Of a stretch of 60,275 nucleotides of DNA, positions 8,198 to 16,600 are shown one piece after another. The stretch's first letter is position 1. Each line of letters begins with the position of its first letter. The position numbers were made by a program, and so were the translations under genes. This stretch comes from DHVE2 group archaeon. GTDB taxonomy: Archaea > Thermoplasmatota > Thermoplasmata > Thermoplasmatales > Aciduliprofundaceae. The DNA lies in assembly GCA_015521465.1 (NCBI GenBank), contig WAOD01000062.1:1-60275 (forward strand), written 5' to 3'. A model generated the notes under the pieces. That model made no database searches, was not told the DNA's origin, and saw nothing but the letters and a program-made list of their open reading frames with translations.

Positions 8198-9844
8198 GTG
8201 AAGCTCGTAGTTGAGGATTTTCCAGAGACTTTATCCGGAACTTTGGAAGGATATATTGCTGCATTAAACAAGGCAAGGAGGAGGATACACGAGGAGCTTT
8301 TGGTTATAAATAGTGTGCCTATAAAACCGATGTCGCATCAGATTGAGGTGGCAAAGAAGGTAATATACGACATGGACTGCAGGGCCATACTTGGGGACGA
8401 AGTGGGGCTTGGAAAAACCATCGAAGCGGGATTGATTTTGAAAGAAAAAATACTTAGGGATGAGGTTAGCAGTGCGCTCATTCTTGCTCCAGCATCTCTT
8501 GTACAGCAGTGGAAAACTGAACTTGAAGAAAAGTTTAACATGAATTTCACGATAGCCACTTCTCCCGAGGAATTTATGGAGCGCTTTGTGGTAGCTTCCA
8601 TTCATCTGGCCAAAAGAGAAAGGTACAGGAACAGCGTTGTTGGCAGGTCATGGGATATGGTGGTGGTTGATGAAGCGCATCATGTTAGAAATCCTAAAAC
8701 TCAGAATTACAGGCTTTTGCGCGAACTAAACTCTAAATTCATGCTTCTATTGACGGCCACGCCTGTTAGCAATTCTCTGAAGGAAATATACTATCTTGGA
8801 GACCTTCTTCGGCCGGGAATATTTGGAACTTACCGAGAGTTTGAATCGTTGTACTTCTCTGATAAGAAGGGGCAAAGCATAAAGAATCAGGAAGAGCTCA
8901 GAAGAAAGCTATCGGAGATTATGGTAAGAAATAGGAGAAGAGACGTTTTTGTGGATTTCACCGAGAGGGTTGTAAAGACTCATGTTGCCCGGATGGAAGG
9001 AAAAGAGCGTGATCTTTATGATTTAATACTGGATTTTTTGCGAAGCGAGGAGAACAAACTGCGGGTTATTTCTTATGCTAAAGCGGCCACATCTTCTCCA
9101 AGAACAGTTGCGAAGATGGCATGGAAAGCCCTGAAACGAGAAGAAAATCTCTATGGGCGAGAGGCTTTGCTTAAAATATACAGGGCAGCCATGGACTCTC
9201 CATTTACCAAATTAGAGCTTCTCAAGAAGGTAGCCGAGAGCGTTGAAGGCGGGGTGATTTTTACCACTTATCTTGAGACCATGCACGAGATTGATGACTT
9301 TTTGCAGGATTATGGGTATCATGTTCTGACTTATCATGGGGGCATGAGCAGGGAAGAAAAAAGCAGGACTATTGAAGAATTCAAAAAGAAAAGAGGCTTT
9401 TTAATAGCCACCGATTCTGGCGGTGAGGGTCTTAACCTCCAATTTGAAAACGTTATGATTAATTTTGACCTCCCGTGGAATCCCATGAGGGTTGAGCAGA
9501 GGATTGGTCGGATACACAGGATTGGCCAGGTGCGCGACGTTTATGTTGTGAATTTAGCTTACGAGGATACTATAGAAGAGCACATACTTCGGATTTTAGA
9601 CAAGAAGATAAATCTGTTCAGGAGTGTGGTTGGCGAGGTAGATGCCATACTTGGCTCCCTTGAGAGAAATTTTGAAAGTATAATAGCTGATATTATAATG
9701 AAATCAAGGGACAGGGCGGAGATGGCTACCCGGCTTGATATGCTAGGTGATGACCTTGAAAAGATAAGGAGCAGGTACGAAAGGAGCATGGAGATAAACG
9801 ATTCCATATTTTCTCAGTTCAACCTTGGTATTGGAGGTGTTTAA
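8198..9844 (+). CDS. SNF2/SWI2-family helicase, minimal core only
   Basis: Motif I 'GDEVGLGKT'. Motif II 'VVVDEAHHVRN'. Motif III 'LLLTATP'. 'GGEGLNLQ'. Motif VI 'WNPMRVEQRIGRIHRIGQ'. Confidence 0.9.
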   Translation: MKLVVEDFPETLSGTLEGYIAALNKARRRIHEELLVINSVPIKPMSHQIEVAKKVIYDMDCRAILGDEVGLGKTIEAGLILKEKILRDEVSSALILAPASLVQQWKTELEEKFNMNFTIATSPEEFMERFVVASIHLAKRERYRNSVVGRSWDMVVVDEAHHVRNPKTQNYRLLRELNSKFMLLLTATPVSNSLKEIYYLGDLLRPGIFGTYREFESLYFSDKKGQSIKNQEELRRKLSEIMVRNRRRDVFVDFTERVVKTHVARMEGKERDLYDLILDFLRSEENKLRVISYAKAATSSPRTVAKMAWKALKREENLYGREALLKIYRAAMDSPFTKLELLKKVAESVEGGVIFTTYLETMHEIDDFLQDYGYHVLTYHGGMSREEKSRTIEEFKKKRGFLIATDSGGEGLNLQFENVMINFDLPWNPMRVEQRIGRIHRIGQVRDVYVVNLAYEDTIEEHILRILDKKINLFRSVVGEVDAILGSLERNFESIIADIIMKSRDRAEMATRLDMLGDDLEKIRSRYERSMEINDSIFSQFNLGIGGV

Positions 9845-11420
9845 CTTGGACTCCTTTTCTTCTGTTAAAATCAAGAGAAAAAAGCCAGATTTTAGAAATG
9901 CCACTCTCGTGGATGATGTCTTCGAGCGGGACCGTGTTTTTCACTCTTTTGCCATACAGGTGAGATACATTGGCAAGGAATCCAAAACGGAATTGAGAGA
10001 GTACTTATGGGGTCCAGATGGTAAAATGAACCCTGAGATTTTGAAAGGAGCCGAGTTTGAAAGTTCAAAGGAAAAATCTGAGTTCAAGATACCTGCTGAA
10101 ATAATAGAAGAAATCAGGGAAAGGGGAGAGAAAGAAGAGGCAAAATTTCACAGGGAGCTCGAAAAAGAGAGACGAGATGTTATATTGCATCTTAAAAGGG
10201 TTCTTGAAGAGAACATGCGGGAGGAGAAATACGAAGAGGTTGAGAGGATAAAGGCTGAGATTGAGAGGCGGGAAAATGCTGAGTTACCGGAGCTTGTTGT
10301 TAAAATAGAGCCTGTTGCCCTTTTAGAGATACACGCGCCTGTAGAGATTCACCATTCTCGGCTCAGAAATGAATTTGCAGAGAAAGAGCTTACCTGGAAG
10401 TTTGACACACTTACCGGTGAGCATGATTTAAGGTGTGAGGGTTGTGGAAAAAGTGCAATGGAGTTCTATCTCACAGTTGATGGCATATCCTGTGAGAGTT
10501 GCCTGAAGGAGTGCAAGGAATGTGGAAAACCTATGATTCATGCAAAAGAATGCAAAGTTTGCCATGCTCCGTTATGTGATGAACACGCTCACTACTGCTC
10601 CACTTGTCACGAGCCCATTTGCTCAGAGCATGCTACCAAATGCAAATTTTGCAGTAATGAAATGTGTCCTGACCACGTGAACAGGTGCTCAGTTTGCAAT
10701 GCGCCATTGTGCGAAGAGCATACTTATCATTGCTCCGTTTGCGGTTCAACTATAGGCCCTATGCATGTTAGAGTTTGCGATGTTTGCGGTTCTAATGTAT
10801 GCCCTGAACATATACACAAATGTGCCATATGCGGCAAAAACGTTTGCGAAAACTGTGCAGTGGAGCTTGATGGAAAATGGTACTGCAAGGAGCATTTAGA
10901 AAAGAGCTATGGAGGTAAGTGGGTAATTCCAGAAGTACGGTGCAAGACATGCGGTGTTGCTTTAGCGAGTGATGAGATAAATCGCTGCTCTGTATGCAAC
11001 GCGCCTTTATGCGAAGAGCATACTAATCATTGTTCCGTTTGCGATGCACCCCTATGCGATGAGCATACTCATCATTGCACGATATGTAATGTGCCCCTGT
11101 GCGAGCAGCATGTATTTATCTCCGAGTTAAGTGGTAGAGAGTACTGTGAAGAGCATTCTTCATTCTGTAAAATTTGTGGTAGAATCGTAGGGAAAGATGA
11201 GCTCAAAAATGGAGTATGCCATGCCTGCTCAAACATGGTGGAGGTTAGCAGGAGAGAGATACCACGTGAAATAATGTTCAAGTTTCCGTATTCAAAGCAT
11301 GGAAAAAGATGGTTTGTGTCCAGGGGTAAAAATGTTGCGTACATTACAGAGGTAAAAGGCGTGATTCTTGCATATCGAATAGTCAATGGAGAAATTGTTG
11401 AGCATCGTGGGAAAAGGTGA
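9825..11420 (+). CDS. Cysteine/histidine-rich multi-zinc-finger protein with an N-terminal coiled coil
   Basis: It overlaps the SNF2 stop. A GGAGGT Shine-Dalgarno at 9833-9838 suggests the true start may be the TTG at 9846. There are ~15 tandem C-x2-C-x3-[LIV]-C-x2-H-x3 units. No ATG occurs near the 5' end. Confidence 0.8.
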   Translation: MVLEVFNLDSFSSVKIKRKKPDFRNATLVDDVFERDRVFHSFAIQVRYIGKESKTELREYLWGPDGKMNPEILKGAEFESSKEKSEFKIPAEIIEEIRERGEKEEAKFHRELEKERRDVILHLKRVLEENMREEKYEEVERIKAEIERRENAELPELVVKIEPVALLEIHAPVEIHHSRLRNEFAEKELTWKFDTLTGEHDLRCEGCGKSAMEFYLTVDGISCESCLKECKECGKPMIHAKECKVCHAPLCDEHAHYCSTCHEPICSEHATKCKFCSNEMCPDHVNRCSVCNAPLCEEHTYHCSVCGSTIGPMHVRVCDVCGSNVCPEHIHKCAICGKNVCENCAVELDGKWYCKEHLEKSYGGKWVIPEVRCKTCGVALASDEINRCSVCNAPLCEEHTNHCSVCDAPLCDEHTHHCTICNVPLCEQHVFISELSGREYCEEHSSFCKICGRIVGKDELKNGVCHACSNMVEVSRREIPREIMFKFPYSKHGKRWFVSRGKNVAYITEVKGVILAYRIVNGEIVEHRGKR

Positions 11421-11499
11421 GTCTGATGAAAGGGTTTTAAGATAATCACCAGCGGAGCAAATGGGAAAATTTATAAACACTGTAAACTTACGCCCACCC

Positions 11500-12111
11500 A
11501 TGTATTTGATAGTGGAACGAGAGGAGGTAATCCGCATACCGCCCCCAATGTTAGGCGAGGACGTTGATGATATTGTTTGGCAACTTGCAGTTGATAAAAT
11601 AGAGGGTAGCGTTTATTCATTCTCGCGTGAGGAGGTTAAGGATGCGAGTGAGAGAAAATATGTTATAGTTCTACTTATGGATTTGAAAAGAGTAGGTGAT
11701 GGGGTAATTGTACCTGGAGATGGGGCGGTATATCAAAAGGTCAGGTTCAAGGCTCTGGCTTATCATCCTGAGATTCAGGAAGTGGTTTTGGGTTCAGTGG
11801 TAGATGTTCTTAAGTTTGGTGCGTTTCTTAGAATAGGTCCGTTGGACGGACTGCTGCACATAAGTCAGGTTATGGATGATATTATAGATGTGGATGTTGA
11901 AGGTAAAAGGCTTATCGGTAAAGAGTCAAAGAGAATTTTGAGGAATGGTGACAAGGCGATAGTGAGAATTGTAGCTTTGAGCATAAATGATGCGAATCCC
12001 CGGCATAGCAAGATAGGTTTGACCATGAGGCAGTCGGGACTTGGGAACCTGAAATGGTTTGAAACCGAAGAAAATAAAGCTGATGAAAAAAATAAGGGTG
12101 GTAAAAAATGA
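11500..12111 (+). CDS. rpo7: DNA-directed RNA polymerase subunit E' (Rpo7) with S1 domain
   Basis: 'MYLIVEREEVIRIPP', 'GSVVDVLKFGAFLRIGPLDGLLHISQVMDD', 'IGLTMRQSGLG'. I chose the internal ATG; the ORF is open from 11461. Confidence 0.9.
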   Translation: MYLIVEREEVIRIPPPMLGEDVDDIVWQLAVDKIEGSVYSFSREEVKDASERKYVIVLLMDLKRVGDGVIVPGDGAVYQKVRFKALAYHPEIQEVVLGSVVDVLKFGAFLRIGPLDGLLHISQVMDDIIDVDVEGKRLIGKESKRILRNGDKAIVRIVALSINDANPRHSKIGLTMRQSGLGNLKWFETEENKADEKNKGGKK

Positions 12112-12290
12112 GTGAGCTTAGAGCATGTAAAGTTTGCAGGAGAATAACCACCGAATTAACATGCCCATATTGTGGCGGTGAGACATCTACCGAGTGGCAT
12201 GGGTACGTGTACATATTAAATAGTGAAATGTCTCAGATTGCAAAGGAGATGGGGGCTGAAAATGGGGAATACGCTCTTCGAGTTCGATAA
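12108..12290 (+). CDS. spt4: Transcription elongation factor Spt4 (RpoE'')
   Basis: 60 aa with zinc ribbon 'CKVCRRI...CPYCGG'. ATGA overlap with rpo7. Confidence 0.85.
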   Translation: MSELRACKVCRRITTELTCPYCGGETSTEWHGYVYILNSEMSQIAKEMGAENGEYALRVR

Positions 12291-12786
12291 GGTACTAAGG
12301 CTCCCTGAAAGTTTAAGGGCTGAACTCCAAAGGGTACACGGTAGGTTATTGAGAGAATGCGAGTTATCCAAAGTGTTAAAAACTGAGAACGGAATTTTAA
12401 TTTCCGTTGGTGATGTGGTCACTTACACCCTTTTAAAGCATGGTTTTTCTCCAAAAGTGGCTGTTGTTGATTATAAAACCAAGAGAGAGAATATAGAATT
12501 AGAAGAGATAAAAAATTTTGGAGATATTGTTTATTGTGTTAGAAATCCTCCAGGAACAATCACACCTGAGTTTGCTAAGCGTATAAAAGATGCCATTAAT
12601 CATGATGGAAACGTTCGCTTGGAGGTAGATGGTGAAGAAGATTTGGGCGTCATCCCTGCGGTGATTTATGCGCCTGTAGGCGGTATTGTTATATATGGGA
12701 TGCCCGATACGGGTTTAGTTCTGCTTAAAGTAACGGATGATGATAAAAAATCTGCGTTGGAAATAGTGAGGAATATGGAGGTATGA
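12262..12786 (+). CDS. DUF359 protein (GTP-dependent dephospho-CoA kinase family)
   Basis: 'ISVGDVVTYTLLKHGFSPKVAVVDYKTKR', 'EVDGEEDLGVIPAV'. It occupies the conserved archaeal position after spt4. Start set at the internal ATG. Confidence 0.7.
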   Translation: MGNTLFEFDKVLRLPESLRAELQRVHGRLLRECELSKVLKTENGILISVGDVVTYTLLKHGFSPKVAVVDYKTKRENIELEEIKNFGDIVYCVRNPPGTITPEFAKRIKDAINHDGNVRLEVDGEEDLGVIPAVIYAPVGGIVIYGMPDTGLVLLKVTDDDKKSALEIVRNMEV

Positions 12787-12789
12787 GCT

Positions 12790-13089
12790 ATGGAAATAAA
12801 AATAGTGGATAAGAAAGAGAACCCGCTACTGCATAGGCTTGAGGTAAAGTTCGTGGTTAGCCATCCTAAATCAAAGACTCCGTCCAGAGAGGATGTTAGG
12901 AACTTAATTGCGGCAAATTTAAGTGCTGAAAAAAACAGGGTAATTTTGGATTATATGCACACACCATTTGGTGCTAATGAGACAAGCGGTTATGCCAAGA
13001 TATATGATAGTGTTGAGAATGCTAAAAAAATAGAGCCCGATTATATACTCCTGCGTAACAAGCTCATAGAGAAGAAAGAGGAGGAATAA
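12790..13089 (+). CDS. rps24e: Ribosomal protein eS24
   Basis: '[33 protein letters not shown]'. Confidence 0.9.
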   Translation: MEIKIVDKKENPLLHRLEVKFVVSHPKSKTPSREDVRNLIAANLSAEKNRVILDYMHTPFGANETSGYAKIYDSVENAKKIEPDYILLRNKLIEKKEEE

Positions 13090-13091
13090 CT

Positions 13092-13244
13092 ATGGAGAAG
13101 AGAGAGTTGTATGAGGTTAAGAACAATCAGGTTGTTAGAAAGAGGAGATTTTGCCCAAAATGTGGCCCAGGTGTGTTCATGGCAGACCACGGGGATCGAT
13201 ATTCCTGTGGCAAGTGTGGATACACGGAATTTAAGAAAAAGTAA
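13092..13244 (+). CDS. rps27ae: Ribosomal protein eS31 (S27ae), 50 aa, below the ORF-track cutoff
   Basis: My hand translation is [50 protein letters not shown]. It has a C4 zinc ribbon and the conserved position after rps24e. Confidence 0.85.
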   Translation: MEKRELYEVKNNQVVRKRRFCPKCGPGVFMADHGDRYSCGKCGYTEFKKK

Positions 13245-13245
13245 G

Positions 13246-13319
13246 GGGCCCGTGGGGTAGTCTGGATATCCTCGGGGCCTCCGGAGCCTCTGACCCGGGT
13301 TCGAATCCCGGCGGGCCCG
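13246..13319 (+). tRNA. tRNA-Arg (anticodon CCG), no encoded CCA
   Basis: Acceptor GGGCCCG/CGGGCCC. Anticodon stem GGGGC/GCCTC with loop CTCCGGA. T-arm CCGGG-TTCGAAT-CCCGG. 74 nt. Confidence 0.9.
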
Positions 13320-13530
13320 CTTTATAGTTTTTTTGTTTTGGAAGCAAGGGGTTTATATCTTCTTACTTGGTATGTGCGCTAAATTGCTGTTTTTGGCTGT
13401 ATTTCTTATTGTTAATCTTTTCGTATTGTCCTTTTCGTTGTTTATACAGGATCAATAGTTTTTAGCATACGGCAATAAGCGAACTTCAATTATTTGATTG
13501 GTGTCAAAATTATGGGTGCAATTCAAAAAA

Positions 13531-13538
13531 TTTAAATA
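13531..13538 (+). promoter_or_regulatory. TATA-like box (TTTAAATA, A-rich upstream) for the peptide-transporter operon
   Basis: It lies in the 305-bp intergenic region. A strong SD, AAGGAGGA, precedes the ATG at 13626. Confidence 0.3.
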
Positions 13539-13625
13539 GGAAGATTTGTATAAGCGGCTCGATACGGCGTTCCCCTATACGCCAATAGGAGGAATGCCTA
13601 AAAAGAGAAAAGGAGGATATGGAAT

Positions 13626-16600
13626 ATGAACAGAAGGAATTGGAAGAGAATTATGTTAGTAAGTATAGTGCTATTAGCAGTGATTATCAGTGGCTTTTCA
13701 GCGATGACGCATGCAATGGCTCCTCAGCCAACAACAAAGGCTGGTGGGGTTTTAAAAATTGCAATGCAGCAAGATATGCCAAATTTCAACTACTTTGACT
13801 TGACCAGTAATACTGTGTGGAAAAGTAATGTCATTGGCTGGAATTTTGAAAGCTTGATAGGTATGGATTACGACGGGAAGGCGTATCCCTTGCTTGCGAA
13901 GAGCTATCAGTTTTATCCAAATAACTACACCGTGATTATACATCTGAGGGAAAACGTGACTTTCCAGGATGGTCAGCCACTTACGGCAAATGATGTGATA
14001 TTCTCGTACTGCGCCGAAAGGCAGGGAACTACTGTTTCAGGTACTTCTTTCACGGTGCCTTTCGATGATAATAATGACGGTGTCGTTAGCTATTCTGAAA
14101 TAAAGAACCATGTAATATACATAAACAAGTACACGGTTAAGATAGTTGCAAGGCAGCCGTACAACTACTTCTTCTTGGGAACGCTGGGTATTCCAATAAT
14201 ACCTGAGCACATATGGAAGAACCACTTGGTCAGTCCTGATGGCAGTGCGGTGTCTGTTGATTCGCATGGGTATACTAATGGAATACTTGATACTTCTTGG
14301 AATACCGATCCTAAAGCAACCATAGGAACTGGTCCCTGGATGTATGCTGGTGGTGTTAAAGATTCATACAGAATAGAGAAACCCTATCAGGGATATTGGG
14401 GTAAGAATTTCAAGACTCCTGATGGTTATCCACTCTGGAGCAAGAACGTTACAGAGATGGATTTCAAGATATACTCTAATTTGGATACGGCGGTATTAGC
14501 TCTGCAAACTGGTGACGTGGACTATATTGCTTGGTCCATTCAGCCGGGGAAGGTTCCAATTTTGAAGCAGGATCCGAACATCAAGCTTCACTATATGGCA
14601 GATAATGGTTATTTCTACCTTGCGTTTAACGAGAAGCAGTACCCTGCTAATTACATAGCGTTCAGGCATGCGGTATCTCATGTTATTGATAAGCAGACTG
14701 CTGTGCAGAGGTACCTTGGTGGCTTTGGTAGGGCTGGAGACTCTGTGGAGCCCCCCTTCCTTAGTGCTTGGTACAACGCTTCTGTGCAGCACTATCCTTA
14801 CAGTTTGTCTACTGCAAAGAAGATTCTGGATGGCCAATTGGTCCAGGCGGATAACGGATTCATAGAGCAGAATCCTGCATGGGGTGAGAAATTTGTGGAT
14901 GTCAATGGCGATGGTTGGAGGGATTTGCCTGATGGTTCTCCGATGCCTCCAATAACGCTGTTTACACCTCCTGCAGATTATGATCCTGTGAGAATCAAGG
15001 TTGGGCAGGGTATTGCATCCAATCTGAGAAGCATTGGGGTCAATATTCAGGCAAAGCCTGTGGACTTTGATACCTTGGTTGCATATATGCAGTCCTACAA
15101 CTATATCATGCTGGAGCTTGGCTGGTCTCTCGGTACTGATGCAATAGGAAACGTTCAGGATATATTTGGTCCGCATTCCATGCAGAATACATGGGGCTGG
15201 TGGAACGCTAGCAGTCCTAATCCATTTTACGTGAATGCTGGTGGTGTCAAAAACACTCGTGCGGATAAGATGTCTCAGGACTATGCAACTTTGTTTTCCA
15301 AGGTTATAAACAAGGCGGCCACTACCTTTAATACCACAAAGCAGATCAAGTATACAAAGTGGGCGCAGGATATCATTGCAAAGGCAACGGTGGTTAATGT
15401 TCTGTATTATAGGCTCAATATAGAAGCAACCCGCAAGTCCTGGTCTGGATGGGTTGAGTGGCAAGGCTCCGTCTTCAACGGTTTCTCTTTGGCTGAGCTT
15501 CATAAGGGATCTATTGGTGGCGGTGGCGTAGCACCCCCAACACCTGGTGAGAAGTCGATGGGTGTTTCTCTTAATGTGCCCGGCAGAGTTCTGGTAAATG
15601 GTAACGGGACAGGTAGTGTGTATGTTATGGATAGCAATGGAATTCCTCTCAAGGGTGCTAAGGTAACCCTTAAGTCTTCCAATACAACACTTTTGACTTT
15701 GATGCAAAGCGGAGGCACCACCAATGCAAATGGGGTGTATACCTTTAAGTTCAAAGGAGTAAATACTGGATTTGCGCAGGTTAAAGTATCGGTGAGTGCT
15801 AATGGCTATCCTGTGGTTAACAAGACGGCTACAATTGAGGTTGTGAACAAAGTCATGCATGTACTTTCTGCAACAGTGACTGCTGATAAGCTATCTTTAT
15901 CTCCAGGCGCGCAGACGAAGGTAACTGTCCATGTGGTTGATCAGGATGGTAAAAATGTCAGTGGTGTGACTGTTTCTGTGGATAAGAATCTGGTTGGTTA
16001 TGGTACTTTGGATAAATACACAGGCACCACTGATGCAAACGGGGATATAACCTTCACATATACTGCGCCATCTGCGGAGGATATGAATAAGCTCTTTGTC
16101 AACATGCATACTATTGGTAAGCTGGTGTTTACTATCTCTAAGCCAGGATATGCGCACAGCAACACTCCTGTTCTGCAGTTAATAACCTACAATACTAATC
16201 CTAGCATATGGGACATTGTGCGTGTCACTTCTGCTACAAATTGGACAGTGAATGCTACGAGCTTGTCCACGGACATAACCATTAAGGCTATTGGTGTAGA
16301 TGGTTCAGCACTAAACGATACTGTAGTGGATATTAGTTACTCAAATGCGACTTATCTTGCCGATGCTCCTGCAAACGTTACTACTGATTCCAATGGTATT
16401 GCTCATGTGCATTTGACATTTAACAAGGGTCTTTCAACAAAAGTGGTAATTGTGAAATTCCACATACCATCTATACACTCTATAGATGATGCAGCTGATA
16501 TTCTCTACTGGAATGGTAGTGTGGGTGTACCTCTTTATGGAGGTCATATATCCGCAGATCCTTTCATGGTTGGTGCAGACAACATTAATTACACCGTGGA

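Noticed and set aside
12223-12261. N-terminal extensions given by the ORF track for DUF359, rpo7 (11461), purH (43287), archease (43301), tgt (38198), GGR (29882), oppF (22720) and the FG-GAP protein (51820)
   Set aside because: In each case an internal ATG coincides with the conserved family N-terminus, or with the stop or overlap of the upstream gene. The extensions lack conservation-like features.
14496-15860. 454-aa ORF (and the 389-aa ORF at 16434-17603) antisense to the giant oppA gene
   Set aside because: Both lie entirely inside, and opposite to, a gene with clear SBP_5/Ig-like homology. Their translations are Cys/Arg/His/Ile-rich with no motifs. Long antisense ORFs are expected opposite a gene whose codon usage avoids the complements of stop codons.
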